Origin: a virus
Lineage: Duplodnaviria; Caudoviricetes
Reading direction: 5' to 3' (one strand)
Virus record (IMG/VR): IMGVR_UViG_3300027906_002908
Span: 1 to 28,820 of that record
Length of the DNA stretch: 28,820 nt
Each line of letters opens with the position of its first letter. Within the stretch, counting starts at the first letter, position 1. The translations under genes and the position numbers were made by a program. Below, piece after piece: positions 20,084 to 28,336 of this stretch. The notes under the pieces were generated by a model. It ran no database searches, was not told the DNA's origin, and saw only the letters and a list, made by a program, of their open reading frames with translations.

Positions 20084-20108
20084 CATTTGCTTCAAAGGCT
20101 AGTATAAT
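20080..20108 (+). promoter_or_regulatory. Consensus sigma70-type (early) promoter
   Basis: TTGACA (20080-85), 17 nt spacer, TATAAT (20103-08). Confidence 0.85.
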
Positions 20109-20135
20109 GGTTACATAATAATAGGAATTTTCGTA

Positions 20136-20795
20136 ATGTTTACACATATTGAAGAAAAACACGCCTTTCCCCAGTTAATGAGGGAGAATTTTGAAGGAAA
20201 ACGGACATATGTAACGGAAAATGGTGATAGATATCCCTCTATCACCACCGTTCTTGGTTATAAGATAAAACCCGCTATAAAAGCGTGGAGAAAAAAGGTA
20301 GGAGAACAAGAGGCGAACAAAATATCGCGTCAATCATCTGTTCGTGGAACCAAAATTCATGGTGTTTGTGAGGATTATCTTAATAATAAGGAACTTGATA
20401 CTGAAATGTTGTCCTTTGTAGAGACAGATATGTTCGATAACATGCGCCTTTACCTTGATAAGATAAATAACATACACGCGATTGAACAATTTTTGTACAG
20501 CGACCATCTAAGGTTGGCTGGACAAGCGGATTGTATCGCTGAATTTGAGGGAAAATTGTCTATTATTGACTTTAAGACCTCTGCTAAACCGAAAACCAAA
20601 TCATATATTAAGAACTATTTCGCTCAATGTGCTGGTTATGCCGTCATGTTTGAGGAAAGAACAGGAATACCTATCACAAATTCAGTAATTATTATTGGTG
20701 TGGCGAATGAAGAACCACAATTGTTCATAGAACATCGTGATAATTACACAGATTACTTGCTAGAATGTCGAGATTTGTACGAAAATAACGCTTGA
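20136..20795 (+). CDS. PD-(D/E)xK exonuclease (T4-like phage exonuclease / Cas4-like fold)
   Basis: YPSITTVL, RGTKIH, E...S...AG..DC, IIDFKTS, Y..Q..GY. Confidence 0.85.
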   Translation: MFTHIEEKHAFPQLMRENFEGKRTYVTENGDRYPSITTVLGYKIKPAIKAWRKKVGEQEANKISRQSSVRGTKIHGVCEDYLNNKELDTEMLSFVETDMFDNMRLYLDKINNIHAIEQFLYSDHLRLAGQADCIAEFEGKLSIIDFKTSAKPKTKSYIKNYFAQCAGYAVMFEERTGIPITNSVIIIGVANEEPQLFIEHRDNYTDYLLECRDLYENNA

Positions 20796-20825
20796 CTTTT
20801 GGCCCATCTTATAGTATTATAAATA
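20792..20825 (+). promoter_or_regulatory. Overlapping sigma70-type promoter and T4 late promoter upstream of tmRNA
   Basis: TTGACT (20792-97), 17 nt spacer, TATTAT (20815-20); TATAAATA (20818-25). Confidence 0.7.
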
Positions 20826-20829
20826 ACTT

Positions 20830-21186
20830 AACTCGATGAAACAAGTCGAAGGGTTTACAGGACGGGGGTGCAATTCCCCCCGCCTCCACCAAAAGGAGAT
20901 TAGTCATGGTAAACGGTGCTGGAAAATGGATGTTAAGAATGTATATTCTTTGGAGTATCATTGCAGACATCACTTTAGTTTCTGGAATCATTTACTTAGT
21001 CTTTTTTTGATGGGGGCGATTAGGATCGACTGGAACTTAATAGGTGCGTGGAGAGTTCGGAGAGGAAGCTACCGTAAGTGCAACAAAACTATAAATGCAG
21101 AAAATAATACTGCTTATGAGGATTACGCTTTAGCGGCGTAAAATCGCTCGGGGTTTCGGACAGTTCCTAGCACCAGAATACTGTCC
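20830..21186 (+). ncRNA. ssrA: Circularly permuted (two-piece) tmRNA: acceptor piece about 20830-20891, intervening segment 20892-21011, coding piece 21012 to about 21186
   Basis: T-arm GGGGG-TGCAATT-CCCCC (20864-80), then CGCCTCC-A-CCA (20881-91). Downstream GGGGGCG (21012-18) completes a 7-bp acceptor stem with G3:U70. Tag frame 21097-21141 reads AENNTAYEDYALAA*. Terminal stem GGACAGT/ACTGTCC (21158-86). Outer ends are approximate. Confidence 0.93.
20906..21010 (+). CDS. 34-aa hydrophobic peptide encoded in the tmRNA intervening segment
   Basis: AAGGAG (20893-98), 7 nt, ATG; MVNGAGKWMLRMYILWSIIADITLVSGIIYLVFF*; stop ends 1 nt before the coding piece. Confidence 0.65.
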   Translation: MVNGAGKWMLRMYILWSIIADITLVSGIIYLVFF

Positions 21187-21218
21187 TAACAAATTCTCAA
21201 AGAGAAGGAGGAGAAGAT

Positions 21219-21329
21219 ATGTGGTTAATTACAGGACTCGTTATTGGGATAGTAATTGGAGCATGGATTAAAGACCGCAAAGGTTGGTTGGATTTTCTTG
21301 ACACATTGTTTGACAAGATACCATTCTAA
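21219..21329 (+). CDS. 36-aa single-pass membrane protein
   Basis: Strong SD AAGGAGGAG; MWLITGLVIGIVIGAWIKDRKGWLDFLDTLFDKIPF* (GxxxG TM helix plus amphipathic tail). Confidence 0.7.
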   Translation: MWLITGLVIGIVIGAWIKDRKGWLDFLDTLFDKIPF

Positions 21330-21340
21330 TCTAGTACATT

Positions 21341-21889
21341 ATGTACACATGGTTTTTAACAGCCTTGGCAGCGGTGTCGCTTGTATTGTGGCCCGCTAGT
21401 GCTGATAACTATTACGACAAGGACATCCATATCTATGAACCAGTAAAGTTCATTGATCAAGAGGAAGTTGCTTGTCTCGCAATTAACATTTATCACGAAG
21501 CTAGGGGCGAAAGCTCTGAAGGTAAAATTGCAGTTGCTTTCGTTACCCTTAATCGTGTTAAACATGAAACATATCCAGACACAATCTGTGGTGTTGTCTA
21601 TCAAGGCAAACATAGACCGTCTTGGAGAGATGAAAATGAGTTGGTTCCAATCAGACATAGTTGTCAATTTAGTTGGTACTGTGACGGTAAGTCCGACATA
21701 GTACGAGATTTCACATCATATGAAGAAATCGTTGAATTGGCTATTGATGTTTGGTATGAAAGATACGAAGATAATACAAATGGTAGTTTGTTTTATCACG
21801 CGGATTATGTGGAACCAGCATGGGCACAACACATGGCTATGACAACAAAAATAGATAGTCACATTTTTTATACGGTATATCATGACTGA
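21341..21889 (+). CDS. Cell wall hydrolase (SleB/Hydrolase_2 family) with signal peptide
   Basis: CLAINIYHEARGE, AVAFVTLNRV, YPDTICGVVYQ, CQFSWYCDG, T.GSLFYHA..V.P.W, IDSHIFY. Confidence 0.92.
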   Translation: MYTWFLTALAAVSLVLWPASADNYYDKDIHIYEPVKFIDQEEVACLAINIYHEARGESSEGKIAVAFVTLNRVKHETYPDTICGVVYQGKHRPSWRDENELVPIRHSCQFSWYCDGKSDIVRDFTSYEEIVELAIDVWYERYEDNTNGSLFYHADYVEPAWAQHMAMTTKIDSHIFYTVYHD

Positions 21890-22805
21890 GAAAGTACATA
21901 ACTTTATCGTTACAGGTGGGTGCGGATTTATTGGTTCCCATCTGACAGAAGCATTACTCTTACATGGGCAGAATGTTCTTGTCATTGACGATATGAGGAA
22001 AGGTAAATTCAAAGTCGAAAATAGTCCGAATGTGAAGTATCTACATCAAGATGTTGCATCAGCAATTCCAGTTGGAAAGTTTGACGCAATATTTCACCTA
22101 GCCGCCACGCCTAGAATTAGGTTATCACAGACTGACCCATTTGGGACTATCACAAATAACTTTAATTCAACAATGGTCGTTGCTGAGTATGCACGAAGAG
22201 AACGAATACCCTTGTTTTTCGCTGCCTCTTCAAGTACTCAGTTTCTTCACCATCATGATAATCCTTATACATTTTCAAAGTGTATAAATGAGGAGTTACT
22301 AGAACTTTACCGCAAACAATTTAACTTGGAATACCATATGTTATATTTCTATAATGTGTATGGGCCGAGAGAAGCTGACTATGGAGAACATAGTACGGTA
22401 ATCCGAGCATTTAAAAAATGCATAGAGGAAGATAATCCTTTAAGGATATTTGGTAGTGGGAAAAAGGAAAGAGACTTCACGCATATCCATGATGTAATCG
22501 ATGGTATATTAAAGTTGTTAACAACAAAAAATAAACCAAAAAATGTACATCTTGGTTCTGGGAATCCAGTTAGTATATCGGATATAGCAAAGGCATTTGG
22601 TCACTCTATTGTTCATGAATTTGACAAGAAGGGTGAGGCAGAAGTAACTGAATGTGAAAGTCCATATATTGAACCGCAATATGATGTTATTAGTTATATT
22701 ATGAAATGGAAAAGTGATTATGAGGAAGAACGGATTTTAAAAAATGTAAACAAGGATTTGAGGAATGTGGAACGAAAATATGCCAAAATTGATAGTGGAC
22801 AATGA
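21882..22805 (+). CDS. NAD-dependent nucleotide-sugar epimerase/dehydratase (extended SDR)
   Basis: TGGCGFIGSH, FHLAA, ASSS, YTFSK (YxxxK), YNVYGP, RDFTHI.D. Confidence 0.92.
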   Translation: MTEKVHNFIVTGGCGFIGSHLTEALLLHGQNVLVIDDMRKGKFKVENSPNVKYLHQDVASAIPVGKFDAIFHLAATPRIRLSQTDPFGTITNNFNSTMVVAEYARRERIPLFFAASSSTQFLHHHDNPYTFSKCINEELLELYRKQFNLEYHMLYFYNVYGPREADYGEHSTVIRAFKKCIEEDNPLRIFGSGKKERDFTHIHDVIDGILKLLTTKNKPKNVHLGSGNPVSISDIAKAFGHSIVHEFDKKGEAEVTECESPYIEPQYDVISYIMKWKSDYEEERILKNVNKDLRNVERKYAKIDSGQ

Positions 22806-23070
22806 CACAGAAAAAGAAGAGAAGGTTAGCGATGTATTCATGGTTACGAAAGAATTTCATACATCCGCTGAGTTCTCTCAACACATAGAAAGAAAAGCTG
22901 TATCTGCTGGGAATTATATCGATGTACTAGTGGAATATTGTGGAAGGAATGAAATAGAGATAGAGAGTGTTAAAAAATTACTCACATCATCTCTGAAAGA
23001 AAAAATCAAAGCAGAAGCAATTGGACTTAACTTGGTTAAGGGACAAAAGTCTTGTAAGTTACCCATATGA
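22780..23070 (+). CDS. gp33: T4-like late transcription coactivator gp33
   Basis: F...IE...YIDVLVEYC..NEIEIESVKKLL..SLKEKIKAEA..LN; synteny with gp59 and gp32. Confidence 0.85.
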   Translation: MPKLIVDNDTEKEEKVSDVFMVTKEFHTSAEFSQHIERKAVSAGNYIDVLVEYCGRNEIEIESVKKLLTSSLKEKIKAEAIGLNLVKGQKSCKLPI

Positions 23071-23639
23071 TTGAACCCTATGAAGTTTATAAACTGTACC
23101 TAGCGATTAAACTTCATTTTACTACTAAGTCATATGATGTAGTGAAGTATAAGGGTAAGGTTAGAGTAAAACCAGAAACTTTCAAGAAAAGAAAGGACAT
23201 GGTATCTATAAAGAAACTTGCTAGGGATTATAAACGCGAAGAAATAATAGATTTCTTAGTCGCAAACTTTGTATCTGGAGAACGATGGGGTGGATTGTTT
23301 GATATACAGGCATCCAAACGATACGAAGATTGGAAGGTAAAAAAGAATCAAAGGGAATATCTCTTTAAAAGAGATGTCTCTAAGATAGTACTAGAGATGG
23401 AAAAACAAAAAGTTGGCGCTTTTTTTGAAAAAAATGGAAAACAGGGCTTGACTTTTCGTCTATACTTTGGTACAATGATCGAAATTGAAACTCTTGTTAT
23501 ATTAGATAAGATTTTTAATTTCGTAGAAGAAACGGATGATATCTTGTTAGAAGATGTTGTACTACTAGTGAAAAAGTATCGCCCGTTTGTTAAGGTGACT
23601 GACTCTATGAGAGAAGTTGCTAAAACACTTACTCACTAA
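23067..23639 (+). CDS. gp59: T4-like helicase loader gp59
   Basis: VYKLYLAIKLHF...YDVVKY.GK, FLVANF, IETLVILD, KKYRPF; synteny. Confidence 0.88.
   Translation: MIEPYEVYKLYLAIKLHFTTKSYDVVKYKGKVRVKPETFKKRKDMVSIKKLARDYKREEIIDFLVANFVSGERWGGLFDIQASKRYEDWKVKKNQREYLFKRDVSKIVLEMEKQKVGAFFEKNGKQGLTFRLYFGTMIEIETLVILDKIFNFVEETDDILLEDVVLLVKKYRPFVKVTDSMREVAKTLTH
23448..23476 (+). promoter_or_regulatory. Putative sigma70-type promoter inside gp59
   Basis: TTGACT (23448-53), 17 nt spacer, TACAAT (23471-76) with TGn extension. Confidence 0.5.
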
Positions 23640-23643
23640 CCTG

Positions 23644-23651
23644 TATAAATA
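23644..23651 (+). promoter_or_regulatory. T4 late promoter
   Basis: Intergenic TATAAATA overlapping an AGGAG SD. Confidence 0.7.
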
Positions 23652-23663
23652 GGAGTGTACATA

Positions 23664-23846
23664 ATGAGTAGGAAACTACATCCTCATGATGATGAGAAGC
23701 GTATGAGAAGAGTACCTAGTGAAGATAAAACTAGACTTGACAAATACAAACATCTCGTGTATAATGAGGACATTTATGAGTCTGAGGAGTTTTTGGACGC
23801 CTTAGATAAAAAAAGTAAAATACAACGCAAACATAAACCAATATAA
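23664..23846 (+). CDS. Small charged hypothetical protein upstream of gp32
   Basis: AGGAG SD, ATG 23664, 60 aa. Confidence 0.6.
   Translation: MSRKLHPHDDEKRMRRVPSEDKTRLDKYKHLVYNEDIYESEEFLDALDKKSKIQRKHKPI
23737..23765 (+). promoter_or_regulatory. Consensus sigma70-type promoter for gp32
   Basis: TTGACA (23737-42), 17 nt spacer, TATAAT (23760-65). Confidence 0.8.
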
Positions 23847-23863
23847 CGCACAAGGAGAAATAT

Positions 23864-24769
23864 ATGTCGTTTAATAGTATAGAAGAGCTACGCAAGTCGC
23901 GTGGCAACTTTGACACCCTTCTTAACCAAGTTGAGAAGATGTCTACAACTACCACCGAGTCTAATGACGATGGTAGGGAATGGAAACCAACTGTTGACCA
24001 AGCTGGAAATGGTTATGCAGTAATCCGATTTTTGCCCCCAGCAAAAGGTGAAGACCAATATTGGGCAAGACTCTGGACACATGGATTCCAAGGGCCTACT
24101 GGGAAGTGGTACATCGAGAATTCTCTCACAACTCTAGGACAACAAGACCCTGTTTCTGAATTGAACAGCGAATTGTGGAATAGCGGAGTTGAGTCTAACA
24201 AAGACATTGCTCGCAAACAAAAGCGTAGGCAGTCTTTTTATTCCAACATTATTGTTGTGAAAGACCCATCAAATCCAGAAAGTGAAGGTAATGTATACCT
24301 TTATCGTTATGGTAAAAAAATCTTCGACAAAATTCAAGACTTGTTAAAGCCAGAATTTGAAGATGAAACTCCAGTAAATCCTTTTGATTTCTGGGAAGGC
24401 AGAAACTTCAAACTGAAGATTCGTCAAGTTGAGGGATTCCGAAACTATGACAAGTCGGAGTTTGAGTCTGCACCATCACCAGTAGCTGCTGATGATGAAA
24501 TTGAGGCGCTTTGGGCGAAACAATACTCTCTTGCAGAGATTGTAGACCCATCTAACTTCAAGTCTTATGAAGACCTTAAATCCAAATTGGGTATGGTTCT
24601 TCAAGGCGCAAGCAAGGTTCCCACTGCTTCAACTGTCGCAGCCCAAACAGGCGACATTGAAGATGACTTGTTTGTTAACAAAAACGCTGAAGCAAAGGTA
24701 GTCTCCAATGGTTCAGATAGTGATGACGATGCAATGTCGTACTTTGCAAAACTTGCTGACGATAGTTAA
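23864..24769 (+). CDS. gp32: T4-like single-stranded DNA-binding protein gp32
   Basis: GNGYAVIRFLP, HGFQGPTGKWYIENSLTT, YGKKIFDKI, NPFDFWEG.NFKLK, NYDKSEF, acidic tail DDDAMSYFAKLA. Confidence 0.97.
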   Translation: MSFNSIEELRKSRGNFDTLLNQVEKMSTTTTESNDDGREWKPTVDQAGNGYAVIRFLPPAKGEDQYWARLWTHGFQGPTGKWYIENSLTTLGQQDPVSELNSELWNSGVESNKDIARKQKRRQSFYSNIIVVKDPSNPESEGNVYLYRYGKKIFDKIQDLLKPEFEDETPVNPFDFWEGRNFKLKIRQVEGFRNYDKSEFESAPSPVAADDEIEALWAKQYSLAEIVDPSNFKSYEDLKSKLGMVLQGASKVPTASTVAAQTGDIEDDLFVNKNAEAKVVSNGSDSDDDAMSYFAKLADDS

Positions 24770-24789
24770 TATCTCAGCTTAGTTATGCG

Positions 24790-24822
24790 AGGGGCGGCAT
24801 AAATAGTGTCGCCCCTTTTTTT
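24790..24822 (+). terminator. Intrinsic terminator after gp32, with CATAAATA across the loop
   Basis: AGGGGCGGCAT-AAATA-GTGTCGCCCCT hairpin followed by a T run. Confidence 0.85.
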
Positions 24823-26352
24823 ATGGCGAAAATTATGGATGGAATTATATTTGGTGGACAACTAGAAGACTTTGCTGGGTCAATTCATAAAGAAGATTCA
24901 AGAAACATCTCAATAAGAAGAAGTTCAGGCGGACACAAGATTGCCACTTTTTTGAGGCAGAATGGTTATAGTATAGATGTAATAGATTATGTTCACCGAT
25001 GGAAAATAGAACAATTAAAAGAATACATTAAACCTAGAGCAGAGAATTGCAAGTTCTTTGGGTTTGGTTCTACATTCTTTTTAGATAGTCCAGTTGTTAA
25101 AGAACTGGTTGAATGGTTAAAACAGGAATATCCAGATATACCGCGTGTCGCTGGTAGTCAAAATGAAAGTATGCGTAGTCTGGACATGGATTGGTATGTC
25201 TATGGTTATGGTGAAAATGCCATGTTGGAATTGATGAAACATTTCGATGGTGGCCCAGAACCAATACACTTCAATAATATAATTAATGCATATGTTAATT
25301 ACAAGTCTTTCCCCAGAGATGACTTAACAGTATCATATCAAGAAACCGATTTTATGAACCCAAGAGAAATACTTCTTTTGGAGTTTGCCCGTGGGTGTAA
25401 GTTTAAATGTAAGTTCTGTAGTTTCCCAATACTAGGTGTCAAGGGTGATTACTCTCGTACAGCAGAAAGCGTCTATGATGAGATGTTAGAGAATTATGAT
25501 AAGTGGGGAACAGAACATTATATTGTCCTAGATGAAACATTCAATGATAGTCCACAGAAGATTGAGAAGTTTGCTAATGTAATAGAAAAACTTCCATTCC
25601 AACCAAAGATGACCGCGTATATTCGTGGTGATTTAATCGCTTCGCGTCCTAAAGATTGGGATAACCTAATCAAGATGGGAATTACATCCCATTTCTATGG
25701 TATTGAAAGTATGAACCACAAGGCAGCTAAATCTGTTGGTAAGGGGATGAATACTGGTAGGATACAGGATGGACTATTAGAAGTTAAAGAATACTTTCAG
25801 AAGAATGCTGGATTCTATAAAGGTCATATATCACTAATATCTGGACTTCCATATGAAACCATTGATAGTCTACGCGATACAGTAAAATGGTGTTCTGAAT
25901 ACTGGGCAGACCAGAGTTATCATATGAATATATTGATGATTAAGTTACTAGGTAAACCATCTCTTAATCATAGTTCAGAATTTGATTTAAATTGGAAAGA
26001 TTACGGTTATAGAGAGGGTAAATTCCCCAAAGATGATATAAAGTGGGACATGAGTATCAATCCGTTCTATAAAGACCTCTACGACTATGTGGCGACCTCT
26101 GGCGAGTACATTATGTGGGAAAATGACTACTCTACCATGTATGAATGTTTTAAGTTCTGCGTGGAAGAGTTTAGTCAGGCAAAACTAAAGAATATATTAG
26201 ACCCATTCATGTATGATAAGTTCTTTATTGACCCTAGTGTTACTTGGGATGATTTTCAGACACAAACACATATGGAAAGAAGAGAGAGTTTTATCCTAAA
26301 CCATGTTGATGGATATATCCAGAAAAAACTTAACTGTTCTTTTGAACCATAA
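24823..26352 (+). CDS. Cobalamin-binding-type (class B-like) radical SAM enzyme
   Basis: N-terminal R..G...IATFL...G...VIDY...GFGSTF...GYGE domain; EFARGCKFKCKFCSFP, DETFND, GIES, G.G, LISGLPYET. Confidence 0.85.
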   Translation: MAKIMDGIIFGGQLEDFAGSIHKEDSRNISIRRSSGGHKIATFLRQNGYSIDVIDYVHRWKIEQLKEYIKPRAENCKFFGFGSTFFLDSPVVKELVEWLKQEYPDIPRVAGSQNESMRSLDMDWYVYGYGENAMLELMKHFDGGPEPIHFNNIINAYVNYKSFPRDDLTVSYQETDFMNPREILLLEFARGCKFKCKFCSFPILGVKGDYSRTAESVYDEMLENYDKWGTEHYIVLDETFNDSPQKIEKFANVIEKLPFQPKMTAYIRGDLIASRPKDWDNLIKMGITSHFYGIESMNHKAAKSVGKGMNTGRIQDGLLEVKEYFQKNAGFYKGHISLISGLPYETIDSLRDTVKWCSEYWADQSYHMNILMIKLLGKPSLNHSSEFDLNWKDYGYREGKFPKDDIKWDMSINPFYKDLYDYVATSGEYIMWENDYSTMYECFKFCVEEFSQAKLKNILDPFMYDKFFIDPSVTWDDFQTQTHMERRESFILNHVDGYIQKKLNCSFEP

Positions 26353-28150
26353 GACTATTAACTTCAGCATCTACAACCGATTTATCTGATACTAACACAG
26401 GTAAGTATTCTACTTTTCCACCAATGCCTCCGACAAAGTTTTCTAACTTTCCGAGCGTACTACTTGTTAGAGCTGCAGTTTGCATTGCCTTTTCTTCACT
26501 TGCTTTTGCTTGAGCATCTGCTACTTGATTGGATGCTGAATCAATTGTTACAGAACCACCTTCTGTTTCTGCTGGTGTGGATTGTCCTAATAAATCATCA
26601 CCAGAAGTTTCTGTAATTTCCATTTCTGGTGGTGCCGCTTTTAGACTTCCATCTTCATTGTGTGTGGCGCCCCATTTTTCATCCCATTCTTTTTGTTCGT
26701 TTGCGAATGATTCATCGGACTGAAAATAACCCTGATCATCTGATGTTGGTCTTGCATCTGTTGGTTTTTCCATTTCACTTTTACCAAAGTTCTCTTTCAT
26801 TTCTTTAAGTTTACCTGTCACATAATCTTTGATAGCTTTAAATTTTTCTCCGTAACCAGAACCTTCTGTGGCCGCGTCTGTATCATGGGGGAATCTTTTT
26901 GTCATATCATCACTTTCTGGGTCACCATAAACATCGTTGTACATATCTCTAGCAAGAAGACCAGCGTCTATTGTTACACCACCAACTGGCCCAACTAACG
27001 CGACACCCGCCAGTTCTGCGGCTGCCCCTGCTTTATCCCCTTTGATTAATCTCCATGCTGCCATTCCAAGACCAGCAGCTGCACCCACGAGAGGTATTTG
27101 TTTGATACCATACTTACCGATATTTTTCATCAATGAAGTTGCTAACTTACCAGTTTTTGCTAATGCCGTTTTCGCTGCTCCTTTTGCGTTTTTAGCTCCA
27201 TCAATACCGACTTTTAATCCTTTAACATTTTCTGGTTTGACCATATTCGTAGTTGGTTTACCATCCGCACCTTGTACAGTAAAATTACCTTTTTGCGATT
27301 GCACTACATTTCTACCTTGAGGGTCAGTACCAACAACCTTGGAACTGTCTATCGCGGGCGCACCAGCCTTATCAATGCCAGGCGTTGGTGCTCCAGTAAT
27401 TTTATTCTTGACCATTTTGGCAGCGGTAACTGCGCCAGTTTTAGCTGCATCCAGAGTTCCACCAACTAGACTTTTGGCAGCAATCAATTTATTACCTTGT
27501 GTTATTAATGATTGAGTTAGTTTTTCAGTAAAGTTATCTACGCCATCTTCAAGTTTTCCAGATACCTCTTTCAGTTTTTCTTCGTCTGTTTTCTCACCGC
27601 CACCAAATAGACCCATAGCAGTCATAGCAGCTAATCCACCAGCAGCTGCTCCTAATCCAGCACTTCCGCTGGGTATTCCACTACCCTTACCCTTTCCACC
27701 AAACATTGCATTTAATTTGTTTTCGTCTGGCGATTCTGCTGTCTTACCGCTGAACCCCATTGCTATCGTAGCGGTATCACCTTTTATGTTTACTAGAACT
27801 TCTCTTATATCATTTAAAGCATTGACTGTTGGATTCGATGAATCCCCATCTTGTAACGCGGAAGTAGCTTGAGCAGTTGATACTCCGCCTGAACCTCCTC
27901 CACCTCTTCTTCCACCACCAGCAGCTGATGGAAACGGAATAACATTATCCATTGATTTTTCATTTGAAGAAGGCACAGCAGTCTGACCACTACCACCGCC
28001 GGCTAGTGCTGCTCCAGCACCAAATCCAACCGCGCCTTTGGTAACAGACCCCGCCGCTCTTAGTCCAGATTTTGCTACCCCAGCCGTCCCTCTCATAAGA
28101 CCCATTCCTACTCTGGCTGCTCCCATTAAAGCGGGTACAAAGAATGCCAT
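26330..28150 (-). CDS. Baseplate hub / tape-measure-like protein (gp29-like position)
   Basis: 606 aa, Gly/Ala-rich, KQIPLVGAAAGLGMAAWRL..GD..GA motif; downstream of gp26/gp51; GGAG SD. Confidence 0.6.
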   Translation of the reverse strand: MAFFVPALMGAARVGMGLMRGTAGVAKSGLRAAGSVTKGAVGFGAGAALAGGGSGQTAVPSSNEKSMDNVIPFPSAAGGGRRGGGGSGGVSTAQATSALQDGDSSNPTVNALNDIREVLVNIKGDTATIAMGFSGKTAESPDENKLNAMFGGKGKGSGIPSGSAGLGAAAGGLAAMTAMGLFGGGEKTDEEKLKEVSGKLEDGVDNFTEKLTQSLITQGNKLIAAKSLVGGTLDAAKTGAVTAAKMVKNKITGAPTPGIDKAGAPAIDSSKVVGTDPQGRNVVQSQKGNFTVQGADGKPTTNMVKPENVKGLKVGIDGAKNAKGAAKTALAKTGKLATSLMKNIGKYGIKQIPLVGAAAGLGMAAWRLIKGDKAGAAAELAGVALVGPVGGVTIDAGLLARDMYNDVYGDPESDDMTKRFPHDTDAATEGSGYGEKFKAIKDYVTGKLKEMKENFGKSEMEKPTDARPTSDDQGYFQSDESFANEQKEWDEKWGATHNEDGSLKAAPPEMEITETSGDDLLGQSTPAETEGGSVTIDSASNQVADAQAKASEEKAMQTAALTSSTLGKLENFVGGIGGKVEYLPVLVSDKSVVDAEVNSLMVQKNS

Positions 28151-28154
28151 TTAA

Positions 28155-28286
28155 TTATCTCCATTTGTTATTTTTTATTGAGTCCGCTTTCTTCTTTAAA
28201 TGTTGAACCAACATTGAAATATATACTTGCCTTTCCCACGGAACCCAACTCTCTATTTCTGTTAAACTATATTTATGTTCTTGCAT
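28155..28286 (-). CDS. gp51: gp51-like baseplate hub assembly protein (probably the -1 frameshift extension of gp26)
   Basis: (YFKTNFLL)MQEHKYSLTEIESWVPWERQVYISML matches the T4-like gp51 pattern; not in the ORF track; frame open back to 28349. Confidence 0.75.
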   Translation of the reverse strand: MQEHKYSLTEIESWVPWERQVYISMLVQHLKKKADSIKNNKWR

Positions 28287-28336
28287 AAGTAGAAAGTTAG
28301 TTTTAAAATAATTTTCTAAATTTTCGTGAAAAAGGC

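Noticed and set aside
20136-20795. Cas4-like nuclease suggesting CRISPR
   Set aside because: No repeat-spacer array or other cas genes seen, and no four-Cys cluster motif; ordinary T4-like exonuclease
20864-20891. Possible tRNA gene or attP-like tRNA 3' fragment
   Set aside because: No D-arm or anticodon arm upstream; its acceptor partner lies downstream at 21012, consistent with a permuted tmRNA
20809-20991. 60-aa - strand ORF
   Set aside because: Antisense to the tmRNA acceptor arm (VEAGGIAPPS is a typical tRNA-like shadow)
20836-21141. 101-aa ORF from the track
   Set aside because: It runs through tmRNA structural elements; only its last 14 codons are meaningful, as the tag frame
21298-21340. 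Two TTGACA hexamers before the cell wall hydrolase
   Set aside because: No good -10 element at 16-18 nt spacing
1081-27996. Numerous short antisense or nested ORFs in the track (e.g. 1081-1473, 14152-14670, 19288-19671, 26937-27320)
   Set aside because: They lie within well-supported genes and have no recognisable motifs; treated as shadow ORFs
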